NCBI RefSeq assembly: GCF_018350175.1 | Contig: NC_058382.1 | Span: 52,144,001 to 52,208,000 of the forward strand | Direction: 5' to 3' | Origin: Felis catus | Lineage: Eukaryota | DNA length: 64,000 nucleotides | Shown here: one piece after another, positions 24,570 to 37,500 of the stretch | Numbering within the stretch: the stretch's first letter is position 1 | Layout: every line of letters begins with the position of its first letter | The notes under the pieces: generated by a model | Seen by the model: the letters and a program-made list of their open reading frames with translations, nothing else | The model's database searches: none | What the model was told of the DNA's origin: nothing | Program-made: the position numbers and the translations under genes

Positions 24570-24909
24570 AAGGGGCCTACAAATAGCGGCTCGTGGGCCC
24601 AGTCTGGCCTGCTGGGGTTTTTGTACAGCCCGAGAGCTGAGAGTGGCTTCACATTTTTACATGTTTGAGGAAAAAATCAAAAGAAGAATAGTGTTTTGTG
24701 ACACGTGAAAATTAAATGAAAATCAAACCTCAGTGTTCGTAAATAAAGTTTTATTAGAACACAGCCCCACACTCCTTTGTTTATACGTTGTCTGTAGCTG
24801 CCTTTGCACCATGATGGCAGAGTTCAGCCGTCGGGGCAGAGACCTTATGGCCCCCCAATCCCACAAAATATTTACTGTCTGGTTCTTGGCAGAGGTTTGG
24901 TGGCCCCTC
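24570..24909 (+). mobile_element. MER58B-like hAT-Charlie DNA transposon
   Basis: aaaatcaaaagaagaatagtgttttgtgacacgtgaaaatt...gtaaataaagttttattagaacacagcc...aaaatatttactgtctgg; degenerate aggggc/gcccct termini. Confidence 0.9.
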
Positions 24910-26379
24910 CTGTAGCTTCCCACATCTGCCTTTGTTCTTCTTATTTGTTGCTTTCCTGGGAAGGCAGGATAGCGTAGCAGTCACCAGAAGGCTTTGGGGT
25001 TAGACCACGAGTCCATTTTGTCTCTGCACTGACTCGTTGCAGGAACAACATTGCGAGCGCCTTGATTTTCCTCTTTTCCAGATTCCTCATCAGTCACGTG
25101 GAAGTAACACTGTACCCAGTGCATCGGGTTGCGGGTTGCGTGAGGATTAGCTGTAGGAATGACCACATGTCGCTAGACTCATTACTTGAAACATCACTTG
25201 GTACCTGATAAATGCTGGGTACATGCCAGTTACTGTTTCCCGTCATCCATCCCTCTCTCTCTCTGCCCCTTCCCTCACCCCCTCTCTCCCTCATGCACAC
25301 ACATGTAATTTTCTATCTTCTGTTTATCTGAGCCAGAAGAGAACATACTTTTTAGTCGTTCGGCCTTGCTTAAGTGTGGAGTGGTTAATGTAGCCGCGCG
25401 GAAATTAATTGCTTGTTTTGTTGTGATATAATTAAGAACTTAATTAAAAATGGATAACTCTAACTTTTCACTTCATTTTCTCCGTTTGCACAATCTGGGT
25501 ATTTTATTTTGTAGCCCATTAAAATTTGAAGGTGAGTGTTAAGTGTCAGTAACTTTGATGAGTCTTCCCGGAGGCGGTCCGACGGGAACGCATTTTGTGT
25601 GCCTTGCTGGGGGTGGCGTTTGCAGGGTCTTGTGAGTGCTGAGCCCCCGAGGAATGCAGTCACCGGCTGGGAAACCCAGGCATGTGCATCAGGCCCATGG
25701 GGGTCCACTGGCCATGGTCTCTTTCAGAGACTGGCCTTGGCGGACCTTCTTCCTACTCACCCGGGCTCCTTCAGGTCCCTGTACAGTTAGGATAAGTTCT
25801 CTGGGATTTTCATCTGTAAATTCCGCCTTTCCTGTGGCAGGCTGGGATTGCATAAATGACTTCGTGGAATGGAGCAAAGGAGAATATGGTATTCCTTAAA
25901 ACAAAAAAACGAAACAAAAAAACACTCCCACTCCCCACCATCGGTAAGTGGAGCAAACTTGAGACTGTATACATTTGAAGTCGTCTGTCATCACTTCCCT
26001 GTCACGGGCTTCAGTGTTATCAGCCCGATTCACTGTTGCAGCTGAGCATGGCCTATTCTGCCCAGAGCTGGCTGTCCTGAGATCCTGCTGCCTGCCTTCA
26101 CGGTCCCTCCAGCAATAGTTTTGCACTTGCAGGAGAGGAAGCGCACGACCCAGTACCATGCAGAGCCAGAATTGCCTTCCAGGTTTAGGTGATTCCCAAA
26201 CTGCGTCCTCCTAGCCCACCATCTCCTAGGATGGTCAGTGGGTTACGTGGGTGGAAGGGAGGATGGAAAGAAAGCTAGTCCAGCCGTTGAGCAGGTTCCC
26301 CAAAGGAGCCAGGTGGAAATAAGTGAAGAGAATAAATGGCTTGCCCATCTTATAGTTTTGTTTCTTTGGTTTTAGATTT

Positions 26380-26880
26380 CTTTTTTTTTTCAATTACAAA
26401 AGAAATGCATGCTTATTTGAGCAGTTTTTTTTTTAAGTGTAGATCTGTATACAGGGGGACTTAAACTCCCTCATTTTACTCTGTATTCCTCCCCTCAACC
26501 CTGCCTCCTTCCCTGGTAATCATAGTTAATAGCTGGTGTATTCTTGCATATTCTTTGTTCACGTTCACATGTGCAACACACACGCTGAAGACTGTGTTCT
26601 TTTTCTCCAAAGTAAGTGGACACATACGTTCCCATCCCTAGATAGTATACAAGATCTGCCTTCCAGCCAGTAAGTACAGTTTCAACATATTCTTTTTAAT
26701 AGTTGCATAATATTCTGTAACCTAGGCCAGCAGGTTGCATCCAGCTAAAAGGACATGTGTCCGAATGGAATTAAGAGCTTCATACATAATTTCTTGATTT
26801 TGATGAAGGAGTTTTCTTAATAGATATCTCAGACATGACTTTAGGCTGCAAGGCATATCATAGGTGGAACTTTTTATGTC
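26380..26880 (-). mobile_element. old L1M (L1ME-like) 3' fragment
   Basis: ttcaattacaaaagaaatgcatgcttatt; gttaatagctggtgtattcttgcatattc; tattctttttaatagttgcataatattct. Confidence 0.6.
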
Positions 26881-27371
26881 ACAGGTGGGCCTAATTATCC
26901 TTGATTAATGTGCTGGAAAACCTGATAGAACAGAGACTCAGGAAGGGACACTGAGGAAGGTCTGGATCATATGTTATTCCGAGCCCCATAAGCAGCCTCT
27001 GTGCACACAGCAGGCACTCCGGTTTGTCTCTGCCGATGCTTAACACAGTGAGTTATGAGACAGGGAGAAATCTAGACTTCAGCCACCGTTTAACAAACTG
27101 GTGACTCGGAGTTCAGCACTCTGGCGTTGCCGTCCTCATCAAAGGCTATATCTTTATCTAAAATTTATTAGCCAGCTTCAAACCTGTTTGCCAGCTCACT
27201 AATGGAAGCCTTTTGAATCAATTTGCTCCTATAATTTAAACAGCATTTCAATGTATATTGTCGGAGCAGAAAGGAGTTGAAGCTCCTAGCCAGTAGAATT
27301 AATTATTTATTATCCTTTTCATAAATACTTTCCTAGACCAACCTAACTGAAAAAATGCTTAGGCTGTTTAA

Positions 27372-27373
<2 letters not shown>

Positions 27374-27412
<39 letters not shown>
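27374..27412. repeat. (CA)n microsatellite, about 19 units
   Basis: Direct read. Confidence 0.97.
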
Positions 27413-27415
<3 letters not shown>

Positions 27416-28327
27416 CACAGTGTTTTCCAATGGCTAATTTGAAAAATGTCACCATATTAGTTTTCATTTACGTCTGTCAGGAAACATTTATATCTACACA
27501 TAAGAATTTTTTTTCCCCTTTCACCAGATTTTTTTTTTTTTTTGCAGAGTATGCATTTAATTCACATTTACAAATTGGTTTCTGTTTTTAACTAAAGGCA
27601 CTTTTTCAGCAGAAAAGATGTGTATGATCTAACTTTTAATCTCAGTGGCATGAGCCTTGAAATGGCCAACTTCCTTTTCATGAGAGCACTGTTTAGAAAA
27701 TATAAATCTGCTTGATTAGTTCAGAGGAAGGATCTTCAGATTAAGCTAGTGTTAGTTAGCGTTGGTTTTTTTCTTCCGTTGATCATTGTGGGGAAACAGA
27801 GTTCCTCTGGTCTCTCCTGGCTTTGCACATCTTGGGAACGGTAGTGACAGCTTTCGTTTTGGACTATCTTTTCAAGGAATTCTGTGGAGTAAAGAACACA
27901 GGACGATAGAGATAGTGTTTCCTATGGGAGCGGAGGGGAGGGTTGTTTGCTGTCTAGTATATGGAAGATAATGTCTTCCTCCAGCACTAAGTTGAGGTTG
28001 ATTTGCCTGAGAAAAGATTTGGATTCCTCGTCTCACTGTTTCTCTTCCATGACTCACACCCAGTAAGGGTGCAGCATCCACCTGTTCTGCATCAGCCTTG
28101 TGGGACCGGGGGACAGAGGTGACTGGAGCTGATACCGAAATGGACTTTGCACTGTTTGCACTCTTGTGAGCAACAAGTACTTTGTATCTGACCTTGGAGT
28201 CTCGTGTCTTCTACTAGCTCTCACAACACGTGGCAGCTGGCTACTTAGATTACAAATAGGGTGAAATCTTAGATTCTTCACAGTTTGAAAATTACCAAAT
28301 CAGTAACAGAGGTTATAAAGAGCTAGG

Positions 28328-28517
28328 TAGGCATGAGCAAACTGTGGCCTGCTTGCTAAATCCAGCCCACAAGCCTGCTTTTCCAGACCCATAAAAATAT
28401 AACAAACAAAAATAAAAAAACAAAGACTGTATGACAGAGACCACATATGTTCCCATAGACGAAAGTATTTACTAAAGCATTTACTGGCCCGTTACAGGAG
28501 AAATGTGCTAAGCGCTG
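28328..28517 (+). mobile_element. MER58-family fragment
   Basis: gagcaaactgtggcctgcttgctaaatccagccc...tgacagagaccacatatg...actggcccgttacaggagaaatgtgct. Confidence 0.7.
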
Positions 28518-28579
28518 ATACGGAGAAAGCTATAAGTACAGCGTCTGATACATCGAAGGTACAACAGTTATAACAGCAA

Positions 28580-28840
28580 ACAGTGAAATACTGTTAATTA
28601 TGTATACTGTCCATTCACTAGTGCCCTTCACCCTCACAGCTGTCCTGTGAGGTGCGTACTTCCATCCTCTTCCTACAGGTGAGCACAAGAGTGCCTTTAT
28701 TACCGTCTTTTCTGAATTATAATGGGGAGACTGGTTAACTTACCCAAGGTCACACAGCTGGTAAATGAATGGTGGCAGTAACCCTTTAGAACCCAGGCTG
28801 CCAGACTCTGAGGCCCATGTTCTTAACACTTTGTTGCCTC
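28580..28840 (-). mobile_element. MIR
   Basis: ccctcacagctgtcctgtgaggt...ggttaacttacccaaggtcacacagctggtaaatg...gaacccaggctgccagactctgaggcccatgttcttaac. Confidence 0.8.
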
Positions 28841-29348
28841 ACTATGATGGGTATTCAAATCCTTGAGTTCTTACTCTGCACCTGTTAGGTGCCTTTCCGT
28901 GCTCTTTGTAGCCCTCTGCGGTGGGCTTGCCTTTTGCAGATCTAGACATGGAAGCTCTTGCGAGCGTGAAGCCTTACCCAAAGTTGTGTCACCATCAGCA
29001 TTGGTCCCAAGACTCAGATCCCAAGGCCGTCTGGCCCCAACGCTGATACTCTTTTCACAGCTTATTCTACGGCAAAGGCAGCCATTATTTTGGCCCATTT
29101 TCAAAGTGACGAGCTGGAATATTTTACAGCTTTCTTAAATTAATTCTTCATGTTGGTTATAAATCACTTCCTCTACATTGATGGGCCTGTGTATTTTTTG
29201 GACATTTGTCTGGTCTTTAGATACTTTGGCCCCTTTAAGGATGATGTATCTTCTAAAATGGGACATAAAAGGGAACCGAAGAGGAATCTTAAGGTGCTCC
29301 ATATCCCTCGATCCATCGTGAAAGAGCTGGAAGTGAAGCTTCCCAGAT

Positions 29349-29630
29349 GGGGCGCCTGGGTGGCTCCATCTGTTAAGTACCTGACTTTGGCTTAGGTCAT
29401 GATCTCATGGTTCATGACTTTGAGCCCTGCGTCGGCTCTGTGCTGACAGCTCAGAGCCTGGAGCCTGTTTCCGATTCTGTGTCTTCCTCTCTCTCTGCCC
29501 CCCCCAACCCCCGCCCCATCTCTATTTTTGAGAAAATAAACATTATAAAATGTTTTCTCAAAAATAAACATTATAAAAAATAAACATTATAAAATAATGT
29601 TTCTCAAAAATAAACATTATAAAAAAAAAA
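29349..29630 (+). mobile_element. SINEC_Fc-type with rearranged, duplicated tail
   Basis: ggggcgcctgggtggctcc...ctgtgctgacagctcagagcctggagcctgtttccgattctgtgtc; tail carries aaataaacattataaa four times. Confidence 0.95.
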
Positions 29631-29635
29631 GACAG

Positions 29636-29872
29636 CAGCCCCTGGGTGGCTCAGTCGGTTAGGCGTCCAACCTCGGCTCAGGTCATGATCTCGCGGTCCA
29701 TGGGTTCGAGCCCCATGTCGGGCTCTGGGCTGACAGCTCGGAGCCTGGAGCCTGTTTCAGATTCTGTGTCTCCCTCTCTCTCTGACCCTCCCCCGTTCAT
29801 GCTCTGTCTCTCTCTGTCTCAAAAATAAAATAAACGTTAAAAAAAAAATAAAAAAAAAAACAAAAAACAAAA
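29636..29872 (+). mobile_element. SINEC_Fc-type, directly behind the previous SINE
   Basis: cctgggtggctcagtcggttaggcgtcc...cccccgttcatgctctgtctctctctgtctcaaaaataaaataaacgtt + A tail. Confidence 0.96.
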
Positions 29873-30964
29873 GGTAGAATACTTTTTCCTCGGAAACTTA
29901 AGTGGATTCACTGTCAAATTCCTTGTTTTTGTTTGGGTAAAACAGTTGCTCTGAAAGGCCCCATCGTCTTATAGTCCTACCAGTCTTTAGTGGTTTCCAC
30001 TTTTTTGTTTAATCTGGGATAATCTGATATTAAATGAAGATTTTTATGTTATCTCCTAGAACTCTGGAAGTCCACCCATATTAAGCCCATTATTTTAAAT
30101 CCCATTTTCCAGGTAACTGAGAATAGATGTGTGGATGCTATTCTATGTCATTTTGAGCCATATTTTAAAAAAAAAATACTTTTGATGATTTTATGTATCA
30201 TCCCCTCCACAGATGGTCTTCTCGTCCACCTGACTTTAAAATCTGCTTTAGTCTTGGGAATTTTGCTTAGGTTGAAGGAATGAGCGTGTGTATCTTGTCA
30301 GAGCAAATCACAAGCCCATGTAAACTCACTCTTGCTTCCAGCATCTCGTTCATAGAAACTACAATCTGCTGAAGTTTCATATTGTTGTAACCTAGAAGCA
30401 TGCCCATATTTATCACCCCTGGGCTGCTTTAGCATTTGAATATTACTGGAAATCTCGAAAGATCCTGGGAGCCAGTCATGAGAATTTTACATCTCTTAGT
30501 TCTTCAAAATCTAGGTGTAGGCAGAGAGCGCATGTAGTAATTCAGTTAAATGTCCCCTTTTCTTGTTTTCCTGATGGGAGCTCAGTGTTTGTTTGCCCCA
30601 TTGAGGAGGAGGCTTTGGGATGAGTGATTGTCTCTTGTCCTCAGATTTGCCTTTACTTCTTGGTCATTAAGGAGCTCAGTCTTTCCAGCAGTGAAAACCT
30701 TTTCTACCAAGTTAATGGCGGCGGGTGGGGGAGGGGCCTGGTGAGGCATTTTGTGAGCACGCAGTCCAAAGAGCTTGGGGAATTTTGTTAGTCTGCCTTT
30801 CCTGTCTGGCTTTATTTTTTTATTTTTTTATTTTTTTCAGGGATTACCTAATACACATTGTGTGCTTCCGTGTCAGGCAGAGCAAGGTTCCCATCCCAGC
30901 CAGGAGACCATTGATAAGCTCGTCAAACTTTTGGAGCCACAGCTAGCTTATTTGTAAAAAGAAA

Positions 30965-31508
30965 ATGGATTTATTTATTTCTGTATGACACCTTACACCT
31001 AAACTTTGAAGCTTAGACCAACAACCAATTCATTTTGCCTGGTGATTTTTCTGAGTTAGGAATTCAGCCATGGCTCAACTGGATGAATCTTTTTACTCCT
31101 TGTGGCATTGACCAAGGTCTCTCAGTGGCACTCTGTTGGTGGATGAGTTCCTGGCATTCAGCTGGTCTAGGGTGGTCACTCATATGCATAGCACCTTCCT
31201 GGGGGTGATTAGGATACTGGGGTCACCTGGGCCTCTCGCCTCCCACGCCTGTGCGTGGCTTTCTGACATGGCAGTCTTAGCGGAGGCAGATTTCTTATGT
31301 GGTGACTCAGGGCTTCCAGAGAACGTGTTCTAAAGGACAGGATGTAGAAGCTGGCAGTTTCTTAAGGTCTGGGCCTAGAGACTGGCATGATATTACTCCT
31401 GTGGTCAAAGCAGCCACAGAGCCCACTCTGATTCAAGGGGAACAGACATACACCCACTTTCCGAGATAGAAGTGTCGAAGAATTTGTGGCCCTCTTGAAT
31501 CTGCCGCT
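30965..31508 (-). mobile_element. MaLR solo LTR, MLT1H/G-like
   Basis: gaagctggcagtttcttaaggtctgggcctagagactggca...ggtcaaagcagccacagagccc...gattcaagggga...agtgtcgaagaatttgtggcc is the reverse complement of the MLT1H-type 5' part. Confidence 0.8.
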
Positions 31509-32339
31509 GTGGGTATAATAGCGTCTACCTTATCACCTGCAGAGTAAGTCCAAGCTTTCTGAAGACTGAATGAGATGTTCCTGTAAAGCACCAAGCACCT
31601 TATGTGGGTGATGGGAAATGTCCAGGACATTGTAGCTGTTCGTAAGGGCAATTAGAGTAATAACGCTACATCACAATAAGAACAATGCTGTTTTTCTCCA
31701 TGACAGTCTATGCCTGTTGTTTGCAATTAGAAAGGTCGAGCCAGTGAGAAATGGGGCAGCATGGTTTCCTTTTGCCTTCTACCTCCACAAGGCGATGTCC
31801 TCAGCAGCAGGTACAGTGAAGAGTTGAGTGTTTGTCATCAGGGCTCCATCTCAAATTCAGAGGCACCCCAGTAAATGGTCATTGACTGCAGGTGATTTCT
31901 CCTTGGCAATTTCTTGCAGCCTCTCCCCCCCCCCCAATCTGCACTCTAATTCTGAGCATTGTGTCTCATTTTTGTCAGTGGCAGAATGTTTGATCTGTCT
32001 CTGCACCTCCCAGGATCCCTTCTGAAATCGATTCCTCTCATGCTGTCCTTTGCCTTACCGTAGTAGAGATCTGGGTGCGTCCACATGACGAAAACCATTC
32101 ATGAGCTTCCCCTTGGGTAGCAGTCAAGTCCAAACTTGCTGGCATCTAACTCTTCCCTCAGTTGGTCCCAGCCAGCTTCTCCCACCGTATTCCCCATTCA
32201 GCTGCACCTGCTAAGTTTCTCCCAAGGACCAGTGTTGAAGGGTGGTGTGGAAATCAGATTAACTCACTTGGTTCCTTGTCCAGCTCCGCACAGAAGTGTT
32301 TTTCCGCCCTGAGCCTGGCCTCCACTGGACCAGACAGAG

Positions 32340-32900
32340 AGCAGCATGTATTCAGACAACTCATTCATTCAGTAGACATTTACTGCATCCATAGAAGCCA
32401 TAGAAGGAATTTGGAGCTGAAGTGTGAAATTATGGGACCTGCCTTGCAGGTGTCCATTCTGGCAGCTGGGTGAGAAACGAGGGTGGAGGGGCCTGCTGGC
32501 AGATGCTTCAGGTCGCCCAGGCGAGAGGTGTCTGCACAAACGTGGTTGCGCTGGGTACAGAGTGGAGGAGATGGTTTGGGAGGTAGGAAGGAGCTGAAAT
32601 CACAATATGGTCAACACCTGTAGGGGGTGATATTCGAGGCCAGTGGAGAAGGAAGGGTGAAGGCTAGTGATCCGTGGACCGTGGAGTACATGGCAGAGCC
32701 ATCCATGATGTGGGATGTAGGACAAGGAGTGGATGGGAACACAGGAGTCCACGGTAGCGTGTGGGGTTCAAGGCTCCCGTGAGGCCTCCAAGTGGAAGTG
32801 ATCTGTCGGCATCTAGATTTAGATCTGGCAGTCAGGGATGCGGACGGGAAGGAATTTGTCCTGGCATGATTGTATTGGCCGATTTGGACTGGAGAACCCC
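32340..32900 (-). mobile_element. L2 fragments
   Basis: ctcattcattcagtagacatttactgcatcc; gaggcctccaagtggaagtgatctgtcggcatctagattt. Confidence 0.55.
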
Positions 32901-33389
32901 GCATTTAACTGAGGTGTCCTGCTTGCCTTGCAAATGGCTGATTTTCAAATTACAAGCAAATATATTCCTAACATCCTAATGGACTCTCCCATTGTACCCT
33001 GCACTTCAGCTGAACTAGAATCTTTTCTTGCTTCTGTTCCTTTCCTGCTGTTCCTTCTGCTGGGATGGCACTCCCCATTTTTACCCTCCCTGCCCCCTCC
33101 CCTACCATCCTCCTGTCTCCTGATGTCTGACTCCTGCCCATGCTTTGAAACCCTTTGTGTTTCAAGGTTGTAGCTGCTCAGAGTTAGCACCACATTTTCC
33201 TACCCTCCAAATGCCTTTTTTTTTTTTTTTTTTGGTCTTTGGTGCATTTAGCATATAACAAATTGTATTATATTAGTTTCTGAACTCTTCGTGGTTCCCC
33301 TACTGGTTTGTAAACTCCCTTGAGGTCAGAGTGAGGTCGGCTTCCCCTCTTTTTGCAGATTTCATACCTTACATAGTTTTCTATCATTT

Positions 33390-33601
33390 TTTTTTCAACG
33401 TTTTTTATTTATTTTTGGGACAGAGAGAGACAGAGCATGAATGGGGGAGGGGCAGAGAGAGAGGGAGACACAGAATCAGAAGCAGGCTCCAGGCTCCGAG
33501 CCATCAGCCCAGAGCCCGACGCGGGGCTCGAACTCCCGGACCGCGAGATCGTGACCTGGCTGAAGTCGGACGCTTAACCGACTGCGCCACCCAGGCGCCC
33601 C
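33390..33601 (-). mobile_element. young SINEC_Fc, 15-bp perfect TSD
   Basis: CpG-intact subfamily; TSD agttttctatcattt at 33375-33389 and 33602-33616. Confidence 0.98.
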
Positions 33602-34309
33602 AGTTTTCTATCATTTAATAGCTCAGACAGTACATAGTTCCTGTCTTCCTTGAGCTGTACCTTTCCTGCGCCCCTGAGCCCTGTAGGATTTTGGCAGAAT
33701 TAGATCTTTTTGCATCAGGTATTCCGTGTTGCTGATCAGAGTAAGGATGTTGAGTCTCTGTGCCTCAGAGACAAGGGGTTGATTACTTTCTAGCATAGTC
33801 CTGTGTTTTGGCCTCAGGCTCTGTGTCCTTCCTGGCGTATTAGACTCTGGACTTTACTAAGCTAACTCTCAGCCCGATGACTTCTTGTTTCACCTGTCCC
33901 TCACTGCTTTCCTTCCCTGGATCGGGGATTCTCTTTGGGGAAGGGAAAGTAACAGAAATTCTTTTTCCTTGAGTGCCTGGTGGATTCCCAAGCAGCCCTC
34001 CGCAGAAGTATACCGAGTCCCTACTGGCTGCAGAGATGAAAAGTAACATTCTCAAAAGTAGCCCGACAGTTTTTCCCCTTTTTTGGTCTGTTTTTGGTTG
34101 TATTAATTTCCTGTGCTTCTGGTCCATTAGTTTCAGGTTACCATGTGAATCAGTCCAGTTTAGGAAGCAGTGAGTGCTGCCCATGTGGTAGGCTCCTGCC
34201 TACATGTGGCTGACACAGCGTCCCCTGCGGAGAGAAGATTTGACTATAGATCTAAACCATGGCTGAATCCAGCCTGCAAGTGTGTGTCTTTGGCCCTCAT
34301 GTTTCATTT

Positions 34310-34358
34310 TTTTTTTTTTTTTAACAATTACTTATTTTTGAGAGTCAAGAGGGGGAGG

Positions 34359-34396
<38 letters not shown>

Positions 34397-34527
34397 CCGA
34401 ATCTGAAGCAGGCTCCAGGCTCTGAGCTGTTAGCACAGAGCCCGACGTGGGGCTCGAACCCACAAACCGTGAGATCATGACCTGAGCCGAAGTCAGTGTT
34501 TAACTGCATGAGCCACCCAGGCACCCC
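34310..34527 (-). mobile_element. SINEC_Fc-type with expanded (AG)n
   Basis: gaatctgaagcaggctccaggctctgagctgttagcacagagcccgacgtggggctcgaacc...gagccacccaggcacccc; short TSD tcattttt. Confidence 0.96.
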
Positions 34528-37500
34528 TCATTTTTGAAATGGAGAACGTTTACTCAAAACGTTGATTCTTGGTTTGTCCCCCCACAACTTGCCAGTGTTC
34601 CAGGAACCCTGGCCCCATGTTTCGCAGAGCTGAGCTGGGCTCAGTGGCTGTCATAGTTGGAGGGACAGGGGGCATCCACTCCAGGTCAGCTCACTCTCGC
34701 CCATCCCTGGGGTGTCACCCCAGGGGTGACCTGCCCTCCCCCAGGGGTGACACACCCTGGGGTGTCACCTGCCCTCCCTTCCTCATTGACATTGCCTGGC
34801 TGGTCCACAGCCATCACCTGCAGCCTCCGGCCTCCCTGCTGGAGTGTGCTGAGTGTTGTGGTGGAGCGGAGGAGGGCCTCTTCAGCCACACCGGGAGTCA
34901 CAGGCCCAAAAGTGCATCTCTAGGGATGACTGATTTAGGCAGGTGGAGAGGGTGGTGAGGCAGTCGCCCCAGGCAGAAGCAGAGCGCTAAAAACAAAACA
35001 GCACAGGGTGCTCCGAGTAACGGTGCCATTAACCACGTACTTCACTGTCTCTACTTTGGAGTGGAAGGTGGAAGAACGGGGCTCGGAGGGGTCGACAGGA
35101 TTGCCCCGATCGGTTCATTGTGGAATCTTGCTTATGGCGATTGTCCCTCGATACAACACTTCCAGCCCCAGAAAAATCCAGTGAAAAAGACATTCACCCC
35201 CAGTGGTTTGTCCATCAAAGGCCCTTTAGTGGGTATGAGAGGTTACAGAAGCGGTATCAGGACACCCGATCGCGTGAGTGGTAACGAGTAGCCCCGGGTG
35301 AGAACCCCCTTTCTTTGAGTGTGATCCCCACCCGCTCTCCGATTGTGGGGAAGTTCAGTTCTTTAATCCCAGACTCAGTCTCCCAGTCGGTCAAAAGGAG
35401 TAAGACTGAGAGATTGAGGGCTCATCTATGCATGGCACCAGCACAGCCGTGGCTGAGGGCACATCGCCAGTGAGTGGCATTGATGGTGCTGCTAATGACA
35501 ATGGAAATGACAAGTGCCACGTGTCCCTAGCAACTCGTAGGAAAGACGGACAAATCAGGGCTTTTCCCGTCTCCCAGCATTTAGCTGTGCCTACAGCAGC
35601 CTGCTGCTTTTCCGTTCTCCTAACGGCCGTGAGCAACCTCAGATCCTTCTGGAAGCAGGTTGGTCGTGAACTATAAATAATTCGATCAAGAGGCCCGGGC
35701 CCTGCCCCTGTGGGTGGGGTCACCGTCAGAATATGGGGGTCAAGCGTGTGTGGCCGTGACCGCAGCGGTGACATGCTGCAGCCAAGTCCTCAGATGCTGA
35801 GTAGACCCCAGCGGGTGGGGTGGACCGTCACTGTCCTGTGCCCTCACCTGGCAGTGCGCGAGGGGCGGAGGCGAAGATATTTACCACCCGAAAGTTAGGG
35901 AGGCTTTTATGAACTGGGCCATCTCTCCTCAGTCCCCATTTTTCCTTGCGTCTCCGAACTCTCATTAATTTTTCACAGGCTTGTGATGGATAGTTTTTAT
36001 TTATTCACGTCTGAGGTTCTGTTGTGTGAAAAGGACTCATTTTACAACATTACATATTCATGGCTTGGGATAGATGGGATAAGGAACTTATTATTAATGT
36101 GTCACTGTGGGAAACTTACTCCAGTTCATTTGTGAACCTTGTTAAATTTGGTGTGGTCAGCAGACACGGTGAAGTTTCGGGTGCGTTCCCTCGATGGAGG
36201 GCAAAGAGTTGGCTGTTGCTTCCCCTCGATTCAGTGCAGTTGAGTTTATATCTTCTTTTAATATTTGGAAATACTGATCTGAGGGTAGAAAAGAACATCG
36301 GAGTGAGGTGGGGGCGGACAGCAGCGATTAAGTAGAGAAAGAAGCTCCTGTCTCCTTGTCGGATAGCCTGGCTGCCCGGGCTTTCTGTGGCTCTCCTCCC
36401 AGGGGCATATGAGGGGCGGACCCCTTCCTAAAGGCGAGGTCCAGAGCCATGCCCTACCCCACCTCCCCGCCGTGCCTAGCATCTCTCCTTGGGGCACGTT
36501 GCACATTCCTCCACCTCTTCAGTCCTCCTGACCTCTGCTCTGGGTTCTGGGGTCTCCACTTGCAGCTCCCACTGACATCACAGAATTCCTTGCCCTGGAC
36601 AGATAGAGGGAATGTCACCATACCATCTTGTAAATCAAAGCTGGGGGTGGAGGCAGGGCCCAGTAGGGAGCCCGGCCCAATCTGCTTCAGCGTGAGCTTA
36701 GAGGGGAGGAAGCATATGTTGCACTCAGTTCTCTGCAGAGACACACTCTGCTCTCTGGTAGGGACGGTGTGCAGAGTTTGCGGGATTTGTGGGGGTCGCT
36801 GTGCGTGTGCCAGTCTGGTTCAGCAGCGACGTGCCCAGTGGTCGCTGCCCCTTAACAGACTCCTCCTCGCCGAGAGAAAAGCAGAATAAATGCACGGGAA
36901 GGATGCATTTTGAAATCTGGAAGTTCTCCAAATCAGGCATCGGACTTGAAGAGTGTCCAAAACGTTAAGAATCATGTGGTGCCTCCTTGGCCACATGTCA
37001 TGGGGATTTTCAAGCCTAGGATTTGTTACTGATAACCTTGTCCTCTACAGAGGTTAAAAAAAAAATTGAAATTCTCTTGATAATCAAAGCAATTAGCTTA
37101 CGAAGTTGATGCTGGGGTGTACCCGGCATGAGTAGGGGACAAAGGAATGAAATATGCCTTAAAAGGCATCCTCCGACGATGTTTCCATAATGCAAACCAT
37201 TTGTTTCTCGCCGGGATTCCATTGGCGGTGCGCTGGTGTTATATTGCCATTTATATTGGAAAGGCAGACAGCGCGAAAACTGTAGTCTATTAAGAGTTTG
37301 TGAGTGTGTGCATGTGTATACAGTGAAATAATATCTAGTGTAATGTGAAGTGACAGTCAAAATTACAGCTTTTCTCTCGCCGCAAGGGCACTTCTTTGCC
37401 AAGTATAGTAATATTGTTGTCGCAGTGTTCAAGGTTGTCAGCAATTCTGGCTTACTCTGCAGAGAGTCATAATAGTGTGTGGAAGGAAGGAGCTTCCTGT

